Below, in pieces: positions 8,848 to 18,395 of a stretch of DNA of 39,905 nucleotides. The position numbers were made by a program, and so were the translations under genes. This stretch comes from Candidatus Anstonellales archaeon. GTDB taxonomy: Archaea; Micrarchaeota; Micrarchaeia; Anstonellales; J096. The DNA is taken from the NCBI GenBank assembly GCA_038740615.1, contig JAVYLQ010000003.1, forward strand, positions 1 through 39,905. The letters run 5' to 3'. The notes below the pieces were generated by a model. The model was not told the origin of the DNA and ran no database searches. It saw only the letters and a program-made list of their open reading frames with translations. Numbering within the stretch: position 1 is the stretch's first letter; every line of letters starts with the position of its first letter.

Positions 8848-10022
8848 AAAGATTGAAATTTAGGTGGAGAGACAGAGAGTGGGAAGGGATATTTGTAAAC
8901 TCTATAGGCGATCTTCTAGAGATAAAGCTTAGAAATGGTTATAATATATTGATAGAATCTAAAGATGTGGATATAATTCATGAAGAGGAGATTGTAAAAC
9001 AGAATCCAGAGATTCTAGATGAGAGTGGGGAGTATAGTATAATACTGACAGGCGGAACTATAATGTCTAAAGTAGATTACTCAACAGGAGCGGTATATCC
9101 GTCATTTGATCTCAGTGAAATAATCAGAGAACCTAGTAAGAAAATAAGTCTTAGTGAAATTAAATTCAGTGAGGCAATGGAACCTAGAGATTGGGAAGAG
9201 ATGGCTAGATTATGTTATAGAGAATTAAGTGATGGTAAGAAAGTTATTGTTCTGCATGGTACAGATACAATGACTTATTCTGCATCAGCAGTTGGTTTTG
9301 CAATCAGAGATTTCCCCAGGCCAGTGGTTTTTGTTGGATCTCAGCGATCTAGTGATAGACCTAGCAGCGATCAATCTATGAATATCAGAGCAGCTTTCAG
9401 AGTAGCTAATAGCGACATAGGGGAGAGTGTTATAGTGATGCATGATACAATTTCCGATCAATCTGTGGGTATTTTTAGAGCTGTTAGAACCAGAAAATCC
9501 CACACATCTAGGCGAGATGCATTCAGGGCTGTTGGGCAGGGAAAAATAGGGATAGTGAATTTCCCTAGTGAAGAGATTATAAAAAACAATGCTTACACAG
9601 AAACCAGAGATTTATCAGATCTTAAGGGAAAGTTTAGTAATAGTGTGGGGGTGATATACTTCTACCCAGGTATGGAGGAATATGTTATAGATGTATTTGC
9701 ACAGAGATACAAAGCTATATTATTGATTGGTACGGGTTTGGGTCATATTGCCCCTAAACTGATCTATAAACTTGGTGAGTATAAGGATAGGATATTTGCA
9801 ATCACCTCTCAAACCATAGAGGGCAGAATTAATCTGAATGTTTATAGAACTGGTAGAGAGATGTTGAATTACGGGATTTTGGGGAATCTAACAGATATGT
9901 TGCCAGAAGTAGCTTATGTAAAATTGAGTTGGATTCTTGGAAACGGATTGGATAGAAAAATATACGAACAGAACTTGATCAATGAGATTGAAGCTAGATC
10001 AATCTATTCATCTGGGGCATAG
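8844..10022 (+). CDS. gatD: Glu-tRNA(Gln) amidotransferase subunit D
   Basis: N-terminal KLRNGYNI domain, [42 protein letters not shown]. Confidence 0.95.
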   Translation: MKRLKFRWRDREWEGIFVNSIGDLLEIKLRNGYNILIESKDVDIIHEEEIVKQNPEILDESGEYSIILTGGTIMSKVDYSTGAVYPSFDLSEIIREPSKKISLSEIKFSEAMEPRDWEEMARLCYRELSDGKKVIVLHGTDTMTYSASAVGFAIRDFPRPVVFVGSQRSSDRPSSDQSMNIRAAFRVANSDIGESVIVMHDTISDQSVGIFRAVRTRKSHTSRRDAFRAVGQGKIGIVNFPSEEIIKNNAYTETRDLSDLKGKFSNSVGVIYFYPGMEEYVIDVFAQRYKAILLIGTGLGHIAPKLIYKLGEYKDRIFAITSQTIEGRINLNVYRTGREMLNYGILGNLTDMLPEVAYVKLSWILGNGLDRKIYEQNLINEIEARSIYSSGA

Positions 10023-10459
10023 AAATAGAATTTTTCCCTATCCCATTCTAATATTTCTTCATCCTTAAAGAACAATTCAATTTCTCTTTTAGCTGCTTCA
10101 GAGCTATCACTTGCATGTACCAGATTCCTAGAGAAACTATTCGATAGATCTCCGCGTATTGTACCTGGTTGAGCTTTTCTAGCATTTGTTGCCCCCACCA
10201 TATTTCTTACTACCTCCACAGCCTCCTTTCCCTCTATAACCATAGCTACGATAGGACCGGATGTTATAAATCTCTCTAGGTCCGGATAGAATGGTTTGCT
10301 CAAGTGTTGTTCATAATGTCTTTTGGATAGTTCTGGTGACACTTTCATCATCTTCATTCCAACTATCTTCAAACCTTTTTTCTCAAATCTGGATATTATC
10401 TCACCTATCAATCCTCTGTATACACCATCAGGTTTGATTAGGACTAGTGTTCTGTCCAT
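10004..10459 (-). CDS. ndk: Nucleoside diphosphate kinase
   Basis: [26 protein letters not shown]. The start ATG 10459 overlaps the eL24 stop (TAATG). Confidence 0.97.
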   Translation of the reverse strand: MDRTLVLIKPDGVYRGLIGEIISRFEKKGLKIVGMKMMKVSPELSKRHYEQHLSKPFYPDLERFITSGPIVAMVIEGKEAVEVVRNMVGATNARKAQPGTIRGDLSNSFSRNLVHASDSSEAAKREIELFFKDEEILEWDREKFYFYAPDE

Positions 10460-10617
10460 TATCCATTCACCCATTTCAGCTTCTTAGGATCTCTTCTCAA
10501 CTTTAGCATAGATCTTCTACATTTAGATGAGCAGAACACATAACCCTTTCCAGTAGCAGTATAGTAGTAAACAGCTCTATCTGGTTTGATCTCATCACCA
10601 CAGAATGAGCACTTCAT
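10459..10617 (-). CDS. rpl24e: 50S ribosomal protein eL24 (52 aa, not in ORF track)
   Basis: Hand translation [52 protein letters not shown] has the CxxC...FCSSKC motif and sits in the conserved L7Ae-S28e-L24e-ndk gene order. Confidence 0.95.
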   Translation of the reverse strand: MKCSFCGDEIKPDRAVYYYTATGKGYVFCSSKCRRSMLKLRRDPKKLKWVNG

Positions 10618-10619
10618 GT

Positions 10620-10835
10620 TTATCTCCTCTCCTCTCTAGCTTCTCTCTCTGTTTCTCTGAGCACGATTCTCATCCCCTTGTATACTGGCCCTTTGATATT
10701 TCTGAGTATTGTTCTGCCCTGATCAGGTCCTTCAAGTATCTGTACCAGACACTGGTAGATCTCTCCATACACTCCTGCCTTGGATTTTATCTCAACAATC
10801 TCAGCCAGAAATGCACCTCCTTCAGTGTCCCCCAT
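10620..10835 (-). CDS. rps28e: 30S ribosomal protein eS28
   Basis: GVYGEIYQC...GRTILRNIKGPV...LRETEREAR; operon position. Confidence 0.95.
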   Translation of the reverse strand: MGDTEGGAFLAEIVEIKSKAGVYGEIYQCLVQILEGPDQGRTILRNIKGPVYKGMRIVLRETEREAREERR

Positions 10836-10836
10836 T

Positions 10837-11184
10837 TTACTCTACCTTTGGCAACTTTGAAAGTAATTGTTCGAATTTTGCCTTAGCATTTCCAGGATCG
10901 ATCACAACTACTGAAGAGGCACTTACTTTCTTACCCGCAGCCTTGCCAAGAGCATCTTTATTAGATACATATGCTAGAGATACTCCTTTTTCCTTTGCCA
11001 GTTTAGGTAAATGGGATACCAGTTCTGGTGGGTTTACATCTTCAGCGATTACAACTAGCTTTGCAACACCTCTCTGTACAGCTTTAGTAACTTCGTTTAC
11101 ACCTGCTCTTACTTTACCTCCGGCAGCAACTACTTCATTTAGAACAGTTAGAACTTCTGCTTTTACTTCATCGGACAGTTTCAT
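10837..11184 (-). CDS. rpl7ae: 50S ribosomal protein eL8 (L7Ae), K-turn binding
   Basis: GVNEVTKAVQRGVAKLVVIAEDVNPPELVSHLP; GAGGTG SD before ATG 11184. Confidence 0.96.
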   Translation of the reverse strand: MKLSDEVKAEVLTVLNEVVAAGGKVRAGVNEVTKAVQRGVAKLVVIAEDVNPPELVSHLPKLAKEKGVSLAYVSNKDALGKAAGKKVSASSVVVIDPGNAKAKFEQLLSKLPKVE

Positions 11185-11250
11185 AATCAACACCTCTGCA
11201 CTTTTTATTACATGGATAACATTTAAAATCTAATGCTATCTATTAGATTT

Positions 11251-12297
11251 ATGAAAATAGGAATTATATCAGATACTCATATAGGATTAGCTAGAGATTC
11301 TTTTAGAGCTGAGGTTATAAAAAACTATAGAAATGCTATTCAGATGTTAAAAGACTCAGATATTATAATTCACGGTGGGGATATATTTGATAAGAATGAT
11401 GTTAGAGTAGATGTGTTTTCAGAGTTTCTAGAACCTATCTCAGAGATGGAGCTTCGTATGTTCTATATTTTAGGTAATCATGATATAATGCGAACTAATC
11501 TAATTACGGATATAGATCGTTTCAGATCTATAAAATCTGTTAGAGATATTTTCTTAGGGAAGCTCAGTGATGATGGTATAAGGTATTATCAGGAAGAAAA
11601 TGTAGTGATATATGGGATTGATTATGATGAATACGATGCGCATTCCAAAATAGAGATGCTAAACAGGAGATTGGATAGGAGTAAGATAAATATACTGGTG
11701 ATCCACCAGGATATTAAAAGAAATGGTTTTGATGGGTTAGATCCCGATTACTTGTTAAGAACAGGATTTGATATTATAGTAGATGGGCATATACATAGTA
11801 GAGAATTTATTCAAAACAAGCTACTAATAGCTGGTTCTACATCTATAACCCGATTTGATAGAGATGATTTTGCCAGAGATAAAGCTGTTTATATATACGA
11901 TACTGAAACTCGAACATTGAAAGAGATACCAATCCCTAACCAGACCAGAGGGGTTTCTTACTATCTAGATGTGGTAGGGGAGGATATTAGTAGAATACAC
12001 CAGAGGATTGATGAGATATTAAATAAACACCCTAATGAGTTCATTAAGATAGATCTGAAAGTTGATAAACCTATAAATATATCGAAATACAGAGATCCTA
12101 GGGTAAAAATCGATATGAGAACAGTAGCTGTAAAAGATAATAATGTGATCGATAACATGGAGATAGTTGATATAGATAAATATATGAAGAGTAATTGGAA
12201 TTATAATTATTCGTACGAAGAATTCTTAGATATTATTCAAGATCCAGATAGTGCTGTAGATAAATTGGTATTATTAAAAAAGGATGGTAAAATATGA
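11251..12297 (+). CDS. mre11: Mre11/SbcD-family metallophosphoesterase nuclease
   Basis: Motifs SDTHIG, GDIFD, GNHD, IHQ and GHIH plus a capping-domain-length C-terminus. ATG 11251 is 29 nt after TTTAAA. Confidence 0.8.
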   Translation: MKIGIISDTHIGLARDSFRAEVIKNYRNAIQMLKDSDIIIHGGDIFDKNDVRVDVFSEFLEPISEMELRMFYILGNHDIMRTNLITDIDRFRSIKSVRDIFLGKLSDDGIRYYQEENVVIYGIDYDEYDAHSKIEMLNRRLDRSKINILVIHQDIKRNGFDGLDPDYLLRTGFDIIVDGHIHSREFIQNKLLIAGSTSITRFDRDDFARDKAVYIYDTETRTLKEIPIPNQTRGVSYYLDVVGEDISRIHQRIDEILNKHPNEFIKIDLKVDKPINISKYRDPRVKIDMRTVAVKDNNVIDNMEIVDIDKYMKSNWNYNYSYEEFLDIIQDPDSAVDKLVLLKKDGKI

Positions 12298-13415
12298 AAG
12301 AAGTTGTTGTTCTAGCAGCAGGAATGTCTAAGAGAATGAGACCATTTGAGATGAAACCAGTATTGAAAATAGCCGGTAAAACCATCATAGATAGAATATT
12401 AGAGAGCTGGCAAGGATACAAAATCTATGTGGTGTATCGAGATGAGAGGATCAAAGAGTTAATAAGAACCCCTGGTATAACTTTTGTGGAGCAATTGGAG
12501 GATATGCCCGGAACCGCTGGAGCAATCTATTCTACTAAAGATATCATAAAAGGAAATAGTTTCTTTGTAATATCTGCAGATCACGTATTAGATCCAAGTA
12601 TTTTCAATAGGATTCAGAATTCAAAGCCAAATACAATTGCTGTGAAGAGAGTAAATAATCCTGAAAAGTACGGAGTAGTGATGTTAAAAAATGGTAAGAT
12701 TGTGGATATTGTTGAGAAACCTTCTAATCCTAAGACAAATTTGGTTAATATAGGAATATATCACTTTGATCGATCTGTATTTGATCATATTGCCAGAATA
12801 GAGATGTCTGCCAGAGGTGAGTATGAAATAACAGATATACTTATAGATAAGAGGGCTCTTGTTGTTGAGGATGAATTCTGGATGGATGTTGCCTATCCTT
12901 GGGAACTGTTAGAAGCTATGAAATATATAATTTCTAGAGAACCCGAACGAAATAATGGTGAATTGATAGGCAATAATACTATAATGGGTAAAGTTATAAT
13001 AGAGGAGGGTGCAGTAATATTGAATTCTACAATAGAAGGACCTGTTTATATAGGTAAGAATGTAAAGATAGGGCCGTATGCTTATATTAAAGGTCCTGCT
13101 AGTATAGAAGAGGATTCAGAAATAGGTATAGGAAGTACTGTAAAAAATTCTATAATAATGCAAGGTACTAAGGCAAAACATTTAAATTACATAGGAGATT
13201 CTGTAATAGGGAAACATGTGAACTTTGGTGCTGGTTCTGTAATTGCAAATCTGAGGTTTGATGAGAGAAATGTGATGCCAATGAATACTAGAAAGTTTGG
13301 GGCAGTGATAGGAGATAATACAAAAACGGGTGTGAATAGTATGATAATGCCTGGTAGTATTGTCCCTAGTAACTCTATAATATATCCAGGACAGATATAC
13401 AAGAATGATCAGTAA
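12294..13415 (+). CDS. glmU: Bifunctional sugar-1-phosphate nucleotidyltransferase/acetyltransferase (archaeal GlmU-like)
   Basis: LAAGMSKRMRP, GTAGA, VEKP, SARGEYEITD, hexapeptide repeats, KHLNYIGDSVIG...ANLRFD...KFGAVIGD. Confidence 0.88.
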   Translation: MKEVVVLAAGMSKRMRPFEMKPVLKIAGKTIIDRILESWQGYKIYVVYRDERIKELIRTPGITFVEQLEDMPGTAGAIYSTKDIIKGNSFFVISADHVLDPSIFNRIQNSKPNTIAVKRVNNPEKYGVVMLKNGKIVDIVEKPSNPKTNLVNIGIYHFDRSVFDHIARIEMSARGEYEITDILIDKRALVVEDEFWMDVAYPWELLEAMKYIISREPERNNGELIGNNTIMGKVIIEEGAVILNSTIEGPVYIGKNVKIGPYAYIKGPASIEEDSEIGIGSTVKNSIIMQGTKAKHLNYIGDSVIGKHVNFGAGSVIANLRFDERNVMPMNTRKFGAVIGDNTKTGVNSMIMPGSIVPSNSIIYPGQIYKNDQ

Positions 13416-15769
13416 ATTATCTTTATTTTCTCCAAATAATCCTCTACCGTGTATAGTTGAATCCTATCGTTCCTTATGTAATTGATTATTAGCATACCTC
13501 CATTTACATAATAGAGCTTAGATTGAAGATCTTGTAGATCAAAGTAATCTTTAGTTAATATTATAATTTCTTTATTGTCAGATATTTGCTCAGCTATTGA
13601 TTTAACAATCTCTTCAACCCTGTTCGGCTCGTATAAATATATTATTCCATCTCCATATTCTGTGGTAAAATTGACCCTGTTATTTTGATCTAATTCATAT
13701 ATAATCCCTCTCTCTAATCCTTGATCTCTTATTAATCTATACATAACCAATTGTTCTATTGTGTAACCACTATTCCTCTCCCATTCTGTAGGTATATAAT
13801 AGTCTTTGTATTTCTTCAGGACTCCTCTCATAACCAGAGTGTTTAGTACTATGGATAGAGAATTGGTATCTATAACAGCATTCTCCAGTCTTATATCTAT
13901 CTCCTTCAATCCTTCTGCGATCTCCGATTCCGTTAGAGGTATATTTTTCCACTTGTAATAGTTCTCAATAGTTTCAAAAGCTCTTATTATATACTCCTCA
14001 TCTAACTTGATTTGGATTGTTTCAACTGGAGGGAATACTTCTGGTATATCAATTGAATATTTGATTGGTGGTTTTGGCCTTAAGTAATTAGATACCACAA
14101 CTACTATAACAGATACTACTATAGTGAATAATCCTAGAGGATTCCCAAAGATTAATCTATCTATAGAGGTTCTTGGTAGGACTCTGAATGTTGCTTCATA
14201 AGTTTTACCTTTGATCTCTATTTTTATAGTATAATTCCCAGTCTGTAATGGTTGATTGAGAGGAATAACTATACCACTAGTATCAACAAATCTTTCCTCT
14301 CTCATTCTATCTTCCCAAGGTAAGAAGTACTTTATATTCTCTAAATATAGAGGAGTTCCATCGTAAGAATAGAAATTTATAACAACCTCTCTACCTGATC
14401 GGGATTCCTTGTACGATGCAGTTGGATATATATCTGAAGCTGTTATGATTGTTTTTGAGAATAGATTAACTCCATCAGCTTCCCATAACTCTATTTTATA
14501 TGTTCCTTCACTAAGATCTAATGATCTTCTGTATTCAACATTTACTCTTGGCTCAAAATTACCTATTTTAATAGTAGGTAACACCATGGAATTTGAAGAG
14601 TTCATCAATCTTATTTCTAAGCTACGTCTCTCATTTCTAATACCATAAGGATCGTATCTAATATCAAAGATCTGTTCTGTCTTTGGTAAGAAAATTCTCT
14701 CTTTTGGCAGAATTATCCCTCTAGAATAAGGATATAAGTTTATTGATATGAAAAATCTATTCTTAGGATCTGTAGAGTATATGATTACTGTGTTTCCTAG
14801 TCTTTCCCCAGATAATGGCAACATTACTTGTCTATCTATCAAATTAACACTAGGAATAGTTTTTCTTAGAGCTCTGCTCCAAAGGCCTGTTTCAAAATCA
14901 ACTCTAAATGCATAATACAATTGAGATAAGTTGTAACCTATAGCATTTAGTTCCTCAGGGAAAAATATGTAAAATCTCCTTCTACCCTCATCCCAGAAAT
15001 AGCTGGTCATTCCGTTTATATTAGACCCTGGAATTCGATAATTTACTCTAACACCATCTCCTAGTACAGGATGTTTGATTCTTATATTCTGTTCAATCTG
15101 AAATGAGAATAGATTGTGTTTAATAGGAGATTGACCGATAGGTCTATAATTCTCTGGAATGGATTTAGAAATAAATATGAAATTTAGATGATTTCTTGCA
15201 CTATTTATAACCTCATAAGTTTTATAATCTAGTACCTGACCAAAGTATATTACAAATGACCCCTCTGGAACAGAATCTAATTCAGAAGAATCTATGATTC
15301 TGTATTTGTAATCCATATACTGAGTCAATTCATACACTAAACTCATAATGCTCGGATCCATCGGCTTTACTAAGTAGAATTCTTTTATAACCGGAATAGG
15401 CGAATGAACTATATTAACTGATATATTGTCAGGACTCTTGAGATTGATTATGGGTACGAAAGATGAACTACCTACAGCTCCATAATAACCATAGAATGCA
15501 TCAAACACAACAGGAGGATTTATATTTATCTCCTCTACCTGATTCAATTCCCCTAGGATACTCATCAAATTCAGGAAACCCCAAACTATTAGAATGACAA
15601 AAATAATTGCAGGTAGGATTGTTAAGATAGTCCCCAAACTATCTTCTTTTTTTAATTTCTGAAAGTATTGCTGCTCTAGTTGTTCCCTCTTAATAGCTTG
15701 TGTGTAGGGTTTGAGAATCTGAATTTTGAATATCTGACCTATGTAATTTTTCAAAATCTGTATCTTCAC
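13409..15769 (-). CDS. Large membrane protein (2 TM segments, large central domain, C-terminal winged-helix-like region); gene 5 of the VirB4-like operon
   Basis: Hydrophobic segments TILTILPAIIFVILIVWGFL and PLGLFTIVVSVIVVVVS. The tail has PLTESEIAEGL...LSIVLNTLVMRGVLKKYKDYY. The GTG start overlaps the upstream stop. Confidence 0.8.
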   Translation of the reverse strand: MKIQILKNYIGQIFKIQILKPYTQAIKREQLEQQYFQKLKKEDSLGTILTILPAIIFVILIVWGFLNLMSILGELNQVEEININPPVVFDAFYGYYGAVGSSSFVPIINLKSPDNISVNIVHSPIPVIKEFYLVKPMDPSIMSLVYELTQYMDYKYRIIDSSELDSVPEGSFVIYFGQVLDYKTYEVINSARNHLNFIFISKSIPENYRPIGQSPIKHNLFSFQIEQNIRIKHPVLGDGVRVNYRIPGSNINGMTSYFWDEGRRRFYIFFPEELNAIGYNLSQLYYAFRVDFETGLWSRALRKTIPSVNLIDRQVMLPLSGERLGNTVIIYSTDPKNRFFISINLYPYSRGIILPKERIFLPKTEQIFDIRYDPYGIRNERRSLEIRLMNSSNSMVLPTIKIGNFEPRVNVEYRRSLDLSEGTYKIELWEADGVNLFSKTIITASDIYPTASYKESRSGREVVINFYSYDGTPLYLENIKYFLPWEDRMREERFVDTSGIVIPLNQPLQTGNYTIKIEIKGKTYEATFRVLPRTSIDRLIFGNPLGLFTIVVSVIVVVVSNYLRPKPPIKYSIDIPEVFPPVETIQIKLDEEYIIRAFETIENYYKWKNIPLTESEIAEGLKEIDIRLENAVIDTNSLSIVLNTLVMRGVLKKYKDYYIPTEWERNSGYTIEQLVMYRLIRDQGLERGIIYELDQNNRVNFTTEYGDGIIYLYEPNRVEEIVKSIAEQISDNKEIIILTKDYFDLQDLQSKLYYVNGGMLIINYIRNDRIQLYTVEDYLEKIKIIY

Positions 15770-16461
15770 TACCCTATCACCTTAATGTATTTCTCCTTAA
15801 TTAAATAATCTAAATTTTCCTTAACTCTCTGCTCAGGAATATTGTAGAATGATGCAAACTCTAGTATTGCAATATTACCATTGTTCTCTTTCACCCATTC
15901 TAGAATCTTCTCTCTAATCTGTTCATCTGACAACGTCTCATATTTCTTAATCTTTAACATAGCCTTTTCGTATTCCTCATTTAGACTAATAAGTCTCTTT
16001 TCCAAATCAGATTTCTCTAATTCCAGCTTAGCTATTCTTTTCTCTAGTGTATTGATCTGACCTCTAAGCTGTTCTATTTTCATTAATTCTTCTCTAACAT
16101 TCGTGGGTACAGATTGGAATATGTCATTTATTGCAAAATCTATTATCTTTATTAAATCAGATAAATCCAAAGAGTAATATTGTGCCACCTGACTTATAAT
16201 TGGAATTACTTTCTTTATAACATCCCATCTCCTAAAAGCCTCCTCATAACCAGCCTCTGTGTACATTATATCAATACTATCAGCTTTAAATTCTACTATA
16301 TAATAACTCTCTGGATTACCTGAAACATCCTTTCGCTCTAAGTATCCTATGCTAACACTATCTCCCCTATCTAATACATAGAAACCTGTTATAGATTTGA
16401 TTACACTTTTAACTCTATCAATACTCTGGCAATTAGCTTTTATCGTTATTCTCTTTGCCAT
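15769..16461 (-). CDS. Coiled-coil protein with C-terminal winged-helix; gene 4 of the VirB4-like operon
   Basis: Heptad region IEQLRGQINTLEKRIAKLELEKSDLEKRLISLNEEY and wH-like KILEWVKENNGNIAILEFASFYNIPEQRVKENLDYLIKEKYI. GGTGG SD before ATG 16461. Confidence 0.8.
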   Translation of the reverse strand: MAKRITIKANCQSIDRVKSVIKSITGFYVLDRGDSVSIGYLERKDVSGNPESYYIVEFKADSIDIMYTEAGYEEAFRRWDVIKKVIPIISQVAQYYSLDLSDLIKIIDFAINDIFQSVPTNVREELMKIEQLRGQINTLEKRIAKLELEKSDLEKRLISLNEEYEKAMLKIKKYETLSDEQIREKILEWVKENNGNIAILEFASFYNIPEQRVKENLDYLIKEKYIKVIG

Positions 16462-16840
16462 TCTCACCACCTATCATCACAGGTGTTTCCTCTATAGCCG
16501 GAATGTATTTTGTTAATATAACAAGAACTAAAAACAGTAGTCCTAATATTACACCTCCTATTAGAGAACTTATTGCCTGAGCAGGATTGTTCAATGCACT
16601 TATAACTAATAATACTGTAAATGCAATTCCAATTATAACTCCTAATACTATAGCGTTCTCAAAATCTTTCCTTCTCTTCTTATACTCTTCTATAGATTTT
16701 TTAGCCACATACAATTCATTCCCCTGGTAAGTACCCATCAGTTTTTTGTATCTAACAATCAAATCTAGAACTACATCAGATTTAATCCTGTAAGCTTCTC
16801 CCTCCTTAATCTCCTCTCTGGATATTATATCAACCTTCAC
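16433..16840 (-). CDS. Small membrane protein with a 2-TM hairpin; gene 3 of the VirB4-like operon
   Basis: AIVLGVIIGIAFTVLLVISAL and AISSLIGGVILGLLFLVLVIL. AGGTGA SD; the GTG start overlaps the ATPase TGA stop (GTGA). Confidence 0.8.
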   Translation of the reverse strand: MKVDIISREEIKEGEAYRIKSDVVLDLIVRYKKLMGTYQGNELYVAKKSIEEYKKRRKDFENAIVLGVIIGIAFTVLLVISALNNPAQAISSLIGGVILGLLFLVLVILTKYIPAIEETPVMIGGENGKENNDKS

Positions 16841-18393
16841 AGTTTCACCTCTGCTATTCTCTCACTACCCTTGATTCTCATCTGTGCTCTAAGTATTGCC
16901 TTAGCTATAGTTTGATCCTCTACTCCAAGATCTTTCAGAAATTCTACTATCAATTTCCTATCTATACCCTCTAGCATCATGAGCTTTACAAATTCAATCA
17001 CATCTAATCTATTATTATTTTTCTCAAAGCTAGAGGATATTGATTCTATAGATTTTATATCCACTCCCATTGCTCTGAGCTTGGATCGGAATTCTTCTCT
17101 AGTTATAGATACACTTCCCATAGTATCACCTTCAATAACATTTAACATAATGAAATAATCTTTGATAACAATCTCTCCCTCTATCTTGCTCAGAATAACT
17201 GTATTTGAAAAGTTTCCAGACACATAGTATGATAAATACATTGCACCCTGACCAACTCCAAATGATTGGATTTTCTCTCTTACAAAATTGCTAAATCTCA
17301 GACTACCCTGAAGATAGTTGAGGTAGTTCTCGAATCTAATCTTGAGCATCAGTACTGTTCCAGCATTACTGAATATTGCTTCAGCTATATCTACAGGGTT
17401 CTGACTAGCGATTATCATGCTGAATCCATATTTTCTACCTTCTCTAACTATCATAACTACGTCGCTGTTCTCTTCCTTACTGATCTTCCACGCCTCATCT
17501 ATCACAACGAACAATCTAATACCTTTTATTCTTCTGAAATCCTCTGTTCTCATCTTCTCCTTTATAAATTGCAATACTGTTAATGCACCCAGAGCTCTCA
17601 TCTGTTCACTAGGTAGTGTTGATAGATCTAGATCAACCAATCCAGATGATATCAATTCATCAAGAGATAATGTACTCTTATTAGCAAAATAATCGTCTCC
17701 AGGTCTTGTAAATTGTCTGAGCTTATGGGTAAGTGTCTGTAATTCTCTCTTGATATATGGATTTGATTCTAATTCTATTTTCTCCTCTAACAGCTTAACC
17801 ACATCTTTAAGTGTTGGAGGTTCAAGAGGTCTACCAAGCGGATCATATTGTTCACTAGAATCTAATCTGAATCCGGCGTTCAGATATGCTGTCTCTAGTG
17901 CCCATTCCAGCAGTCTCTTCTGTTCCTGACTTTCAGATATTCCTACTAATAGATCTAGTGTCTGTACTATCTGCTGGATTCTGGCATAGGGTTTCATTCC
18001 ACCTAAATCCATGATATTTAGATAATTCCCGCCCCCCAGAGATACCACCTTACCATTAGTCTGACTAACCCATTCTTTATACTCACCTGCCCAATCAATT
18101 ATAACGGCATTAGCATTCCAAACATAACTGGCTCTGAGCAAGAACGTTTTTATAGTATAAGATTTTCCAGATCCACTTATTCCAACTATTACTATATGTG
18201 GATTGGTTAGGTACTTAGGATTCCAATATACAGGAGTGTTTAGAAATTCAGTTACTCCTAGATATATCCCTTCTGTAGGATCCCCAAAAAGTAGTTCTGG
18301 AGGAGGTTGGGGAGGATACTGCAGAGGAACTCTAGCGGATATTTCATAATTATTGCTCTCTATAAATTTAAAATTCCCGCCTAATACACCCAC
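16837..18393 (-). CDS. VirB4/HerA-FtsK superfamily ATPase; gene 2 of the operon
   Basis: NPHIVIVGISGSGKS (Walker A), IIDWAGEY, FVVIDEAWK (Walker B), REGRKYG (arginine finger), ASQNPVD, plus an extra helical C-terminal domain of about 94 aa. Confidence 0.9.
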   Translation of the reverse strand: MGVLGGNFKFIESNNYEISARVPLQYPPQPPPELLFGDPTEGIYLGVTEFLNTPVYWNPKYLTNPHIVIVGISGSGKSYTIKTFLLRASYVWNANAVIIDWAGEYKEWVSQTNGKVVSLGGGNYLNIMDLGGMKPYARIQQIVQTLDLLVGISESQEQKRLLEWALETAYLNAGFRLDSSEQYDPLGRPLEPPTLKDVVKLLEEKIELESNPYIKRELQTLTHKLRQFTRPGDDYFANKSTLSLDELISSGLVDLDLSTLPSEQMRALGALTVLQFIKEKMRTEDFRRIKGIRLFVVIDEAWKISKEENSDVVMIVREGRKYGFSMIIASQNPVDIAEAIFSNAGTVLMLKIRFENYLNYLQGSLRFSNFVREKIQSFGVGQGAMYLSYYVSGNFSNTVILSKIEGEIVIKDYFIMLNVIEGDTMGSVSITREEFRSKLRAMGVDIKSIESISSSFEKNNNRLDVIEFVKLMMLEGIDRKLIVEFLKDLGVEDQTIAKAILRAQMRIKGSERIAEVKL

Positions 18394-18395
18394 AA

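Noticed and set aside
15710-15769. Short duplicated peptide KIQILK at the N-terminus of the 786-aa protein
   Set aside because: Only two 6-aa copies with diverged codons; too little to call a repeat feature.
16837-18393. Calling the ATPase the repair helicase HerA
   Set aside because: It has no N-terminal HAS barrel and no adjacent nurA or rad50, and it is embedded among membrane-protein genes. VirB4/CedB-like is more consistent, though phylogeny is needed.
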